This document shows, piece by piece, positions 39,101-50,699 of a stretch of DNA of 64,000 nt. A program made the position numbers and the translations under genes. The DNA comes from Takakia lepidozioides (lineage: Eukaryota > Plantae > Bryophyta): the NCBI GenBank assembly GCA_030704615.1, contig CM060731.1, positions 4,836,001 through 4,900,000 of the forward strand, read 5' to 3'. The notes beneath the pieces were generated by a model. It was not told the DNA's origin. It made no database searches and was given only the letters and a program-made list of their open reading frames with translations. The first letter of the stretch is position 1, and each line of letters opens with the position of its first letter.

Positions 39101-40696
39101 AAACAATACACATCCACGCTCACAGGCATGGATCTATTTGTATCCTAGACCCATCATGGCGATCATATTTTTGGCCTCATACTGTGATTTGGGCAAGGTG
39201 TTCTGTTTGGGCAAAATCTCCAGCCTCAACAATGAAAATAATTCATCCACAAATGCGTTGGTACATCTGTGAGTGGCGCAGGAATTGAGCAACATCAATG
39301 TGGCGGGTCAATCGGCTGTAAACGCTCCCATCGTATAAGGGGATTTGGGACTCTCGCATGAGTTTTTCATGGTGAAGATCATTTGGCGCGCTTGCTTCTT
39401 CTCTGCCCATATTTTCCCCATCAGGCATTTCAGAGGGATTTGCACCATTCTCAACAGCCTCGTCATTGTCCAAGCGAAGGGCATTTGGGGCAGGTGTGGG
39501 ATTCTCCCGGAGGGTATCTGATATTTCAAATGCATCTTGCACAGCACGGGCAATCTGGCCCCGTAGCCCATTGCCGTCTTGTCCCTCCAAATTGACGTCG
39601 TTCACAACACTCTCTACACTACATTCAGCCTCCACTTCAGAGTCGGATGTAATGTAGCCCTGCGAACGCAAATGAAATCAGAAATTGGGATATGATGAAC
39701 AAGCTTTTTTCAAAACTCCCAGACAACGAAATTTCATTTAAACACTGTCATGTAATCAAACACTTTGTAGAATTGCACTAGTTCAATACAGGTGAATGCT
39801 GCAAGTCTCCCCCGCACTTGCAAATCAGGAGACAGAATTGGTCGGCCACAGACTTCATTTCGAAGCAGCTTGCGGAGCTCAGACACAAAGACAAATGAAA
39901 ACTACTCTTGTATAATACGGCAAGGTAGGAACACAGTTTTCATCGAAAAACAAAACAAACATACCCTCTGTGATAGAGGGAGACATCCCCACATACAGAC
40001 AGCTATCTGCACATACCGACAAAGTGAAAGCTCTCATCAAATATGCCCAAGTGGGCAGTGCGTTGAAGGCATGACACATGGCAGCAAACTGCCAAAAGCC
40101 CAAAATGCGTGGAGCCTTCACACATGGCAGTCAACAGCGACCATGTAGTCATGACCCTGACTACATGACTCCAGTACAACCAATGGAAGAACACCCCGTA
40201 GTTGAAATGTCCATGATCCACGGTCATGAAGTCATGGACATGACTACGCTGACGCACCACCAACTACATGACTCCATCACTACGACTCCATGACTCCAAT
40301 ACATCCAACGGAAGAACGACACGTAGTTTGGACTCCAGTCACTCCCATGACTGTCCAAGATTCAAAAAACAGCGAAAAAAATGCGGACATGCGCGGGTGT
40401 GCTGCAAGCATGTCAGAGTGCGTGCATCGTGCAAGGCATACCGGGACTGTACACTGTCGAAGGTTTGGGTCCCTCCCATACTTTGTTAGGTGCTTTTTGG
40501 CCATCTGTAGAAACTGCGGGATCCCTCCATGGCAGATTCTGCAGTTGCACAATATTTTGCGGTGCCCTTGTGCAATGGCATGCGCCTCCTCTAGTTGCCA
40601 CAGTTTCTCATCTTTCCTGCGCACACGGAGTCGTTGAGCTGTCAGCCGAAACCCCGCTCTCGTTGTATACATCGTACTTATACAGGGGGTGTGCAA
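36109..40696 (-). pseudogene. CACTA TnpD-type transposase (transposase-associated domain, Transposase_21, DUF4218, DUF4216)
   Basis: LCNCRIC..KHLTKYG; CPKCHSPRY..KVLRHFPLIPRL..HAADSKAW..LGLALDGVNP..STWP..YNLPPW..DVYLQPLVEEL..WSIHDFP; DTMHCEKNV..LKSHDYH..FPPSFFDVMTHL..RWMYPVER; EILELDYG..PFVLPSQVEQVFF. Several frameshifts. Confidence 0.95.
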
Positions 40697-41276
40697 GGGT
40701 CTTTGCAGCTGATGTCAGACTGCCATGGTCAGGCCCTCCCCGTGCGGTCCCCTGACTGTGTATGAGAAGCTAAGGGAGACCTGCATTGCTCACAACAAAG
40801 AGGTTGAGGCAGAGTTGTTTGGTTCGCACCCACTGTGAGTATACTGAGAGGCGGCTCACCCTAGTGTTGTGGCGCTATCTCGCAGGAGAGCATTCCACCT
40901 CAACCGAAGTGCTCGACTGACCGGAATTCTTTAGTTTGGGGTTGTCAGACATCGCATTGCAGGGGCTTCTCATTAGGGTTTTTTTAAAAATGTGAGAGGC
41001 TTACGGTTTAGCCTGAAATTGCCCGCATTCTTGACTTTTGGGTTTATGAGTTTTTCTGGATTCCCAGTGTTGGGATTGCGTTGCTAAGTACACAAAATGA
41101 TGTTTGTGAGGCGTCGCCTGTCTCCACACTTTCATGGCGCACCTTGAAGAGAGCGGGATTGGTTAACTTCTTCATGGGGCGGGGCTTGCAGGCTTGTTGC
41201 TCCAAAACCAAAGCGTGCTCGCCGTCGACCTCCACTACCCACTAGACCACCCAGACGCAATGGAAGGCTAGAAACA

Positions 41277-44200
41277 ATGGCCGACGAGGCACGGCAATAC
41301 GTCGACGAAGAGGACGAGGAGGATTTGTTGTGTGTCCCTGTGGGCGAGCACACTGGCGATTCCAGTGAAGATGTCCTTCGCCACCCAGCTCCTGCACCCT
41401 TGCTTCCCCAGAAACACCCGTCGCCGGCAAAATCACCATCTGTAAGCACCTGCTCACTATGACGCTACGTCTTCAGCATTTCTATGCATTGAGATGCTGA
41501 GCATCAGCATGAAGGAAGCATGCAAATGTACAGAACGTGTCTGAGACTTTCTTAGCATTCCAGGATGTAAATGCACTTCCCACACAGAAGAGGTTGAAAG
41601 GTGGAAGCCACAGAAAATCTGGCAGTGGACGTGGCACAACTTTGAATGCAATCACATTTGGAAAGTTCTCTGCAGAAGACTTTTGGGAATTCTGGGTAAT
41701 ATGTACAATGCAAAGTCCTGTTTCGTGAAGTGGCAATTCAATGGCAGTAGCTCACTTTGGGAATTTCAAATTGGGGAGATGGCATTGCTGGAAAAATTTG
41801 CATGTAGCAAGGAAGGGGATGCCCGAGCATATAGGCAGTGAAACCCCACAATGGGACAGGAAATCAAGCCCTTTCGCTATATCTTCATCGTGTAGACAGT
41901 TTGGGTTAAAGTCAAAGGCTCTTACTAAGAGGTTGATACACAGTGATGTTTCTGTTTACAACTAAAATGCAATATCCATTCACATGAGTCCATCTACCCA
42001 CTGATGCAAGTTCTTGTATGCACGCTTTGATACAAGCATGCCAATGGTTTGTGAGGTCTCCCCACTATGTAGGCTTTGGAATTGGCCATGTAGATTTGGC
42101 TCAGCCCCCACTTTTCAAGCTGGGTAAACAGAAGTGTGGGGCACCTGATGAGGCTGAGGGGATGAGGACCTGCTCATAGTAGGATGAGTACAATCAAAGC
42201 ATTAAAATGGCAGGTGCACGACATTTTTTTTAAGTTTGTTGTGCAGGCCAAGAAGAGGTGAGCTTCCATCGAAGGCACTGCAGCTGTGGTGGGGAGTCCA
42301 TCGGGGTGGGGGTTGTTGAAACAAGTCAACCCTGCTACAAACAAGTCCCCAGGTGCAACACGACCACCTCCACGACCTATTCCACAGTACCCTCCGTACA
42401 CACATTACCCACATGCCTACCCCACCCCCGATCAGTATGGCGCTGCGGACCCTTACAACCCGCACATCCAATACAGGCCCCCTCCAGGTGGTTGCCCACA
42501 ACAGCCATATGCCCATTCTCCTCCACCTATTCCCCCTTACCTCCCAGACCCACATGCTTACCCGGCATCTACACATCCACCATACGAACCTTTTGGGCCA
42601 TACGGTGGGCGATACCGTCCCGCCCCCCATTCCCCATGGCAACCCCCAGCTGTCCCACCACCTGAGGAGGCAAAGGAACACATCCCTATGACCAAGAAGG
42701 AGTGAGCTAATGCTTTGAGGCGGGCGAACAGGCGAGCCAGGGCAGAGGCAATCCGAAACCATGATGCGCGAGAGGAAGATGGACTCCCCCCTCAAGTGCT
42801 TCCGGTTGACAAAGCTGGAGAGCCCATTGGACCGGCACACAATACCTGGCATGCAGCCCTCAAAGGCCAGATGTGGCGTTTATGTGACATGTCAATGCAT
42901 ATTGCAGTGCAGGATGAATCTGTCATTGAAGAAATATACAGGATTCTAAACTCTACATTTGCGTACACGCCACGTGGTCTTGACTATGAGAACATGAGGA
43001 AGACACTTGGCATTGCCTTGAAAACCCAAAAACACGAGATCCATGCAATGTACAAGGCAGGCAAGGGGAGGCCTGCGCATCTGAAGGAAGCTCATTGGGA
43101 CAGGCTGGTATCGTATTGGCAGACAACAGGATTCAACGCAAAAAGTGCCCTCAACAGATGAATGAATGAATGAATGAATGAAACTCATTATTAAGAGCTA
43201 ATTTGCACTTGATTGTTTCAACCATAACTAGCCTGCACTCATGCTTGGGGAATTTCCAATTGGGTCTGACATCCAAAGTGGGCTTTAATTTGGACTGTTT
43301 GTATGTAATCAGCTAGGTGAGGTTGGGTTTTTTGGAATGATGGAATTGTGACCTATTAGTGTGTAGTGGGTGGGGTCATCATTTTGCATACCAGTTTGTA
43401 AGTGTGGATAGAGGAGGCTCTGATCAGAGTTGTCGTGCAATGATGATGTCAGGGTAGTATTTGAAACTACAATAGTGAGTGTGAGTGTGAGTGTTAACAT
43501 GACTTTCTGTGGTCATTAACATAGGGTAGTGCTGTGCTGGTGATTATTCTTCTGCATTAGCTGCATTTGTCACTCAGCTCTCTGTATTACTGCAGAGATA
43601 GTGACTACGTTAGTGGGCGCGGGGATTTTGGTTGCATACCAACAGTATGTCTGACAAACCTCTGTTCAATCACTGTTGTCCCAGAATGGTATGTCGCTCG
43701 TCATGGCTGACCATGCTAGCATACTGAGCTGGTACATGACTAATGCAGGCACAGGAGCGAGGCCGAAGTCCATTGTTGCATGAAATCCAGGAAGGTTTAG
43801 TAAGCAGAACATTGACCAGTGAGCGGATGGTGAGATCCACGTGATCATTCTTTCTCCCATTTTTTGTCGATTCTTTCGTTCTAGGCATTTTCCCTACCAG
43901 TGGCATGATGTTCTCATGTTGTTCATGGACTTGCGTGGACCTGGCAGGAGGGGACCTCTGGGTATTCAGCAATTGCTCGCAAAGTGGAGGATATGGAAAG
44001 AGCACAGGGTGCACAACACGAAGATATAATGGATTTGAAGGCTACAATATCGCATGTGATGATGTACCAAAAGGCCACTGCTGAGAAATTTGGGATCAGC
44101 ATTTCCTCACCTGCCTTAGTGGGCTCGTCCGCAGCAAACAACTCCTGCATCGTTGGCCCTTCAGCCTCGAGACGTCTGGAGGACAGGTTTGACTTGCCTG

Positions 44201-45921
44201 GCATGTCACCAGGTAACGTCACTCCAGTTGATGCATTCGAGGATGATGTGCAAGTGGAGCATGTTGGCCCAAGTGGAGGGGATGACACCCCTGCCAAGGA
44301 ACTTACGCCTCCTCGTGCAGTTCTGTCACACTGTGCGGTAGTGGAGGCACCTGCAGAACTCCGGCTTGCTGCTGTCGCGGTGGGGACATCCGAGACAACC
44401 CTGGACATTGACCTTGTGGGCAGATATTACCCGTGGGCAGATATTACCCAGCAACCCACGGTTGTCACTTCCACTCCCAACCTTCAATTCATGTGGGAGA
44501 AGGTCGTGCACACAACAGTGGAGAAGGGCAAGCATTTGCTCATCCTAGATATTAATGGCTTGCTGTGTGAGTGCATCCATGTCGGGAGCGGTAATGCGTT
44601 TGTGGTTCCAAATGGCCTTGAGCAAAAATTATGTGGTAGCAAGATGGTCGTTGTAAGGCCTGGTTGCAAAGCTTTTTTGGACAAGTGTTTTGAACACTTT
44701 GAAGTGGCAGCATGGTCTTGTATGCAACCATGTAACTTCCTACCCGCAGTGGACTGGCTTTTCAATGGGCACGGTGACCTTGCATTCAAGTGGGATGGGG
44801 GATATTGTGAGCAGTCCACTGACATGGATGGGAGCCTGCCCATGAAACCACGGTTTTTGAAGAACCTATCTGTAGTGTGGCGGGGCAACTGTGACTGGAA
44901 TCCCGAAAACACTCTTCTTTGTTGACGACACACCGCACAAGGGGTCGAACAATCCAGCATACAACGCAATTTTCCCACTGCCTTGGAGAAGTCATTCTGT
45001 AGAGGTGCACAATGATAATTTTCTTCTGACCAGCTTATGGCCCTTCTTGGAGGGGGCAGCTAAGGCTCCGAGCATTCCAGAATATCTCAGAGGGCAACCC
45101 ACATTTGGGCAACAAGCTATCATCCCTCGAGCCATTCAGCCTCGCCAGGTAACATACTTTGTATTGTGGTACACACTGCCAAACATTAGAGGCATTTTTA
45201 TGTCACTCCCTTGTGCCATTGCCAGCCCCCTTTGTGCTTAATTGTGGCAGTAATCAATGTGATGATAGAGTTTTCATTTACTATCGCAATGTGAACTGTA
45301 AGCATTGACAGTTTGGGTGCATCTTATTGTGTTAGTGTAATTTGAGTTCCCAGTGTCGATAATATACATTTTTGGTGCTTGTTGGTTGGTTGTAGGTGCT
45401 TGGCCATGAACGAGGCCCCCCAAGTCAAAGGGCAACACACCTTCACCCTTTCGGGAAGCTGACACCACTGATCCCTGACTCGCATAATGGGGTAAGTCTA
45501 TGCATCTGCTATTCTCCCCTTCCCGACCTGGATAGTAAAATTGTTACTAGCTCATTGTAGACCTTGTAGACACAATACGTTCCAGGATCCGTGTTCCATA
45601 ATTCTCATGCAATCTGCCAAGTTTGGGGTGGGATGGCAGTTCGTGGTGGGAGACCATGTCAAGCTCATAGACATTGTTTCACGATCAACAGCCGGATCTG
45701 GCCGCATTGCTGGTCTCCAAGGGATGGAGGTGAGTGAAGGGTACCCTGTCGTGCCAGAAGGCTATGTGGCCATCCACATTGATGATGTCCGCATTCCCAA
45801 TGCCCCTCTACCATATCACAACAAATCCATGAAGCCTCATCACACTGAGTTAGGAGACACTGTAGGTTACATTACTGTGTGGAGTGACAAACTAGTGAAG
45901 ACCTTGCAGACGAAGAGATGA
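41277..45921 (+). CDS. CACTA TnpA-like accessory gene with Pro-rich region, Ptta/Transposase_24-like segment, FCP1/NIF HAD-phosphatase-like domain and Tnp1-like C-terminal domain (multi-exon, some lesions)
   Basis: RPAHLKEAHWDRLVSYW..KSALNR (42715-43161); KHLLILDINGLL..RPGCKAFL..FEVAAWS..KNLSVVW..NTL.VDDTPHK..NP (44530-45110); GSGRI..VAIHIDDV..PLPY..LGDTVG..VWSDKLV (45640-45921). Confidence 0.75.
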
Positions 45922-48594
45922 GGCAGGTCGGTTTTGGCTAGCATTGTGGATTTCATGGGGATTTCCACCTCTGCCTCATCCGGATTTGGCAACTACGGTA
46001 ACTTATAGTAGTGACAGATTCTCTGAATTGACTATCCAATTTTGATAGCAATCACATGTTGGATTCCCTCATGCATGTTGTTGCAAACTTATGCCTCGTT
46101 AATGAGCAATGTGGTGGTAGGTGGTATGTCCCCTTTGCACACACTATGGTTGGTTATGTTGTTGCTGGGAGAATGTGGTTGATAGTGATGCTGGATGGTG
46201 ATGTTGCTGCTGTTTGTGCTCTTTCATAATTATGTCGGTGCCACTTCTGTGCCTAAAGTCTTGCTGTATACAGGATTGTGATGTTGTATGGCATATGCAC
46301 GTGGCACCCTATTGGCTGCCTCTGTGGCATATCCACGTGTCTGTCCAGAGTCATAACCATGAGTACCGAACCCAATATGATATGTGTATCCACATATTAC
46401 ATTTTGACACGTGACCCCCTAAGGTCCCCGCGCAGTTGGTCCTATGACTCCGTATGCAAAACGTCCAGTCAAATGTATGTCTACGAAGCAGCATATGAGG
46501 TTCACGTGGCACCACCTGGGACTACAACGTCCTCATGGAATCCTCTCTTCATGGAATATACCGTACTACGCCAGTCGTACGTATGACTGGCAAGAATCCA
46601 CCGCAGCTCACGAAAGTCCAGCACGTGGGCACACACGAACGTGGCACGTGGTGTCCCCAGATTCCCCCCCATAAAGACATACATATGACTGCGAAGCCCC
46701 CTCCCCCACAGTGACACATGGCAATGACATGTCGCACCACGTGTTTCTTCTATGACGCGACACGTGCTGTCGTTTGATTCCCTCTCCGCTGTCATAGTTG
46801 GCAGTCAGGGATGGTGTCGCAGTCTGACACATGGCATGTTCTGTAGCCACCACGTGTCTATCTTACACCGTGGCTGACATGGACTACATTGTCCGTTTAG
46901 TCATTCAGTAAAGCCAGTGTGTATGACTACCCCCACAGCTGCTCTGGCGCCACGTCACAGCCAGCCTCGAGAGTCATATCTGCCATGTCACAACTGACTA
47001 GGCTTTTACGTCTTCAGAGTCAGGAAGTCGTAAATGGCTTCCATGACTGCATTTGCAGTCATAACACAGAGACGTAAAAGTTGCAATCTGTTGTAGTGAG
47101 CGCTAATGTGAATGCTCGTCACAGTTCGAAGAACACAACCAACTTGAATATGCACGTAGGTTTTTCAGACTCCAGCTTGTCCTGGTCTTATGCAATTCAT
47201 GTGTAACAACATGTCAGATTTACAGTATGACGCTACCATTCCAACACGATATCAGTAACCCAGACGGAATGAATTTGCAACATTGCATATGGCCCAATGT
47301 GAATGTAAGTGACAGTATGAACAGGAACCCTGAAATGCCAGATGCATTGAGGTTTTGTGACCATAACCTGTTGTAGTGTTACTCAATTCACATCTGTAGT
47401 CTCTTATTTTGTATGTGAGAGGGAGTGGCGAAGACTTCAACAATCTTAGACTGCATGGGGTTGGCTTGGCTTGTGTGTCACGGAATAAAATGTCCATGCC
47501 AGGTTACAATTTACATACTTTACCAGTAGCAGGACCTGCTGCGAAATTGAAGCATAAGAAATCACCATTGAGAACATAACTGTGACTCTGTGAGAACCAT
47601 GGTTCAGAAAATGGTACAGCCCGTGGATATAATCGTGTAACACGGTGACCTCATGTCTGGAGGCATAAGTCTGGAGGCATAAGTCCAAAATTTTGTGAAA
47701 GAAAGACTCCAATGAAGGTAGATACGGGAACAACTGTTTTCTCCAATGCCCCATTTGGATCGCCAATGTGCATCCCATGGAACGATGAAGTCTGTAACGT
47801 CCGCACGGTTACACATGAAGTTTCATCCATTCTTCTGTCAGTTGTCTATTCATCCGCCAACCATCAACCGACACTATCATCCTCAATCCTCATGTTCTGC
47901 CGCTGTTCATCCCATCGATGGATGAAATATGTGTGCACGATCGGTTACACATGATTGTCCATCCATTCTTTTCTCAGTTGCCTTTTCATCCACAGATCAT
48001 CATCCGTCTGTCTCCTCCTCAAACCTCATGTTGTTTTGGCGCGTAAGAGGAAGATGTGGTTGACTGTACCTGTGGAGGCTGTTTCAGTTGGACAGTATTA
48101 TGGCTAATGGCGTTGGTATGTCCACAAAACTGTCGCAGATCATTGTGTACATTGCTCAATTGCAAGTTCATCTTCTTACGGTCCCTATTGTGATGATGCA
48201 GTGTCTGTTTACATGAGTATTGTGGAGAAAATGTGTCATATGGAGGTTGGTTGCTTGGCCTTCACGTGGAGCGGGAATCGATGAGGTTGATCTTTGTTGC
48301 GAAATGGAATCCAGTTGCTGCCGCCGGTGAGAATCGGAATTGAGTGCATTTCATGAACTGAATGTCTGTGATGTTTGAGAAAGTGAGGTTGCATTTGTCC
48401 TCTTCTTTTCTTAAGGCTGCATAGGTTATAGCCTTCGCGCCATCCGATAATATTCCGACTCTTGCGCTCGGAACAGCTGCTTATGTGACCATCTGCCTGA
48501 AAGCCCCCAAAAACATTCAAACATGGGAAGCGGCATATGTTTAGTCTCTTCAGTTCTCAAAATCAGTAATATATATCTTCATTTATTTTGAAGG

Positions 48595-49630
48595 ATGCAG
48601 TATACAGTGGAGGTGAACCTCACTCGTTCGAGACGTTTGCTGGTTAAGCGTCCTCATGAAGATTTTGCTTTCGGAATGTTGATGAATGCTTTCCCAATCG
48701 GTCTGGGCTGGGGGTGGCAGTGTAGCAGGGTTGGCAGTCTCGCAGCTCTAGTCGTTGGTGTCCTGGCAGACCGCATTTGAACTAGCATATGTTCAATCGC
48801 AGCTTAAGTCGCAACTGAAAACACTCGCACTTACGTTCGGGCAAAGGCAGACACATTTCAGGGCGTTTGTTTTTGGTACCGGGGTTTCCAACTTCCTTTG
48901 GGCTGCTTTTCATTATGAACTCAGGTCATGGCATACTATTTAGGTACGAATGGCAGTCTTATTGAAGTTGCCATTGAATATCCCCGCGATATCTCGGATG
49001 TGCTGCAGCCGCGATTAGAAGGGACATGCACTGCCGTTGCAAACATTTTGTTTGGTTCCAGCATGGAGAAATCAGTGTGTCTGGAAGGAATAGTGTTGTT
49101 GTACAAGCCGAATGCCCCAAAGTCATATGCTATGCAATATGTTACTATGGGGGTTCCTTTGTGTATTTGGAATGTGATTGCATGTGCTGCACAGGCAAAA
49201 GGATTTCATGTGGACACAACCACGAAGGCTCGGATTTCTGGGGAGTACTTGTGGTTGGATGTGAACCTGCGGAGTCCTCAGAAGATCTTTAGCATTGTGG
49301 AGGCAGACGAGACCGGGTTCCTATCCAAGGTCCCCATTGTGGACCTGAAGAAGACCCTCGCTCGTATAAAAACTAACGTGATGGTGAAGGGTAGCTTTAC
49401 AGTGCGACTAAAGAAGCAGTATAGGGTTGAGAGAGGAGAGCATAGTGTTAGTTGGTCGTTGGGGCTCACTCCCACTACTGCTTTTTGATCGACAAAACCG
49501 ACATCGATGAGACTTCTGCCATGGATGAGCTGGTGCAGGACTTGGGTACTCTTAGAGTCAGTCCAGCCCTCTCAGGTTTGCTTGTAGGTGGGGCAGGATC
49601 GTCCACGCCAAAATCTGAGAAGTAATTGAT
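48595..49630 (+). CDS. Hypothetical protein (three abutting frames, likely one frameshifted gene), accessory gene of the giant element
   Basis: ORFs 48595-48780, 48755-48943 and 48928-49488 overlap end-to-end; beta-rich composition; no family recognised. Confidence 0.45.
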
Positions 49631-49854
49631 AATGCTTCATAGAAGACACGGTCGGCGGCTTAAGGTGGGGATCCAATTGAGTGCATGTGTTTGCTCTTTC
49701 AAAAATTGAGGTTAGATGTTCATAAGTATTGCTGAACTAGAGGAACTGCTTGGTCGTTCAGTACTGCCTCGTTTGTACCAGAAGTGCATAAGGGGTTGCA
49801 TGCAAATGTGCATGTTCCATGCTGAAGATCTAAACAAATGCTGCTGAAGCAAGC

Positions 49855-50457
49855 ATGGTGTGGTCTGATTGCATGTGTTTGTCCCCCAGCTTCAAGAGGG
49901 CTGTGGGTGAAGTGAAATTCAATTATGAAGGGTACCTGACAGTTGGTAAAGGCACCCTTCAACCCAGAGTCATCCATATGTTCAAACATTGTGCCATAGA
50001 CATGGAAATGTATGGACCACAACATCCCGAATTTCGTATGTTGGTGCAATCATGGTTGGTGCGCATTACAGACAACCATCATGCCGCTGTGGAGTTTATT
50101 TCCGAGCCTGACATCAGGTGCCCTCTGTGTATGTATCACTATGGAAATCCGAATGGCACGCATAGAGAACCCTACACTTCGTTGATTCACCATTGTGCAA
50201 CACACTGGACCTCGTGGCATGTACAGCACGGGTGCTTGGCACGAGTTATATTAAATACATTGCTGAGAGACCAATTGCCACACTGGCACCAACACAATAA
50301 CATTCATGTGATTGCGAGGAAGACTGATTGTGCTGGGGTGTGCATTGTGCCCATTTACGATTGTTGCATGGAATGGTATGTGCATGTGTTACCAATTTCC
50401 TTTACATGCAGTTCATGGCTTGCTTGTATATGCAATGTAGGCATGTGTTGCATGTAG
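49855..50457 (+). CDS. Hypothetical protein with a C2H2 zinc finger resembling zf-XS (SGS3/IDN2-type)
   Basis: RCPLC-x14-SLIHHC-x9-HGCLARVI; spacing and the terminal H..LA resemble zf-XS. Confidence 0.45.
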   Translation: MVWSDCMCLSPSFKRAVGEVKFNYEGYLTVGKGTLQPRVIHMFKHCAIDMEMYGPQHPEFRMLVQSWLVRITDNHHAAVEFISEPDIRCPLCMYHYGNPNGTHREPYTSLIHHCATHWTSWHVQHGCLARVILNTLLRDQLPHWHQHNNIHVIARKTDCAGVCIVPIYDCCMEWYVHVLPISFTCSSWLACICNVGMCCM

Positions 50458-50699
50458 GGAGCTACTTTGAAATACCCCAGTTGCCAGTGCTTCTCAACAT
50501 ATACTTGTTGAAACAGTCCTAGTCTTCAGTATTGGGCATTATGTCACTGCACAATATATGTAAGCAAGGAAACGCAACGGTAATGTGGCACTGTGAAGTG
50601 AGTGTGTTAAGATTGTGGGGCAACGGGGATCCCATTGGCTGCCATCATGTGAAACAACATGCCCTTGAATCAAAAACATTAGAGAGAAGGAAGAGACAT

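Larger units (their letters stand above)
20886..47098. mobile_element. Large autonomous-type CACTA/En-Spm element (body and right end; left end displaced to 3290-7147 by inversion)
   Basis: Right TIR ...TTGCAATCTGTTGTAGTG ends at 47098. ATGAC/GTCAT subterminal repeats lie at 20886-21200 and 46400-47080. TnpD- and TnpA-like genes are inside. Confidence 0.8.

Noticed and set aside
47367-47378. Short CACTACAACAG-like match (CCTGTTGTAGTG)
   Set aside because: Only 11 bp of match, with no subterminal repeats or TSD partner.
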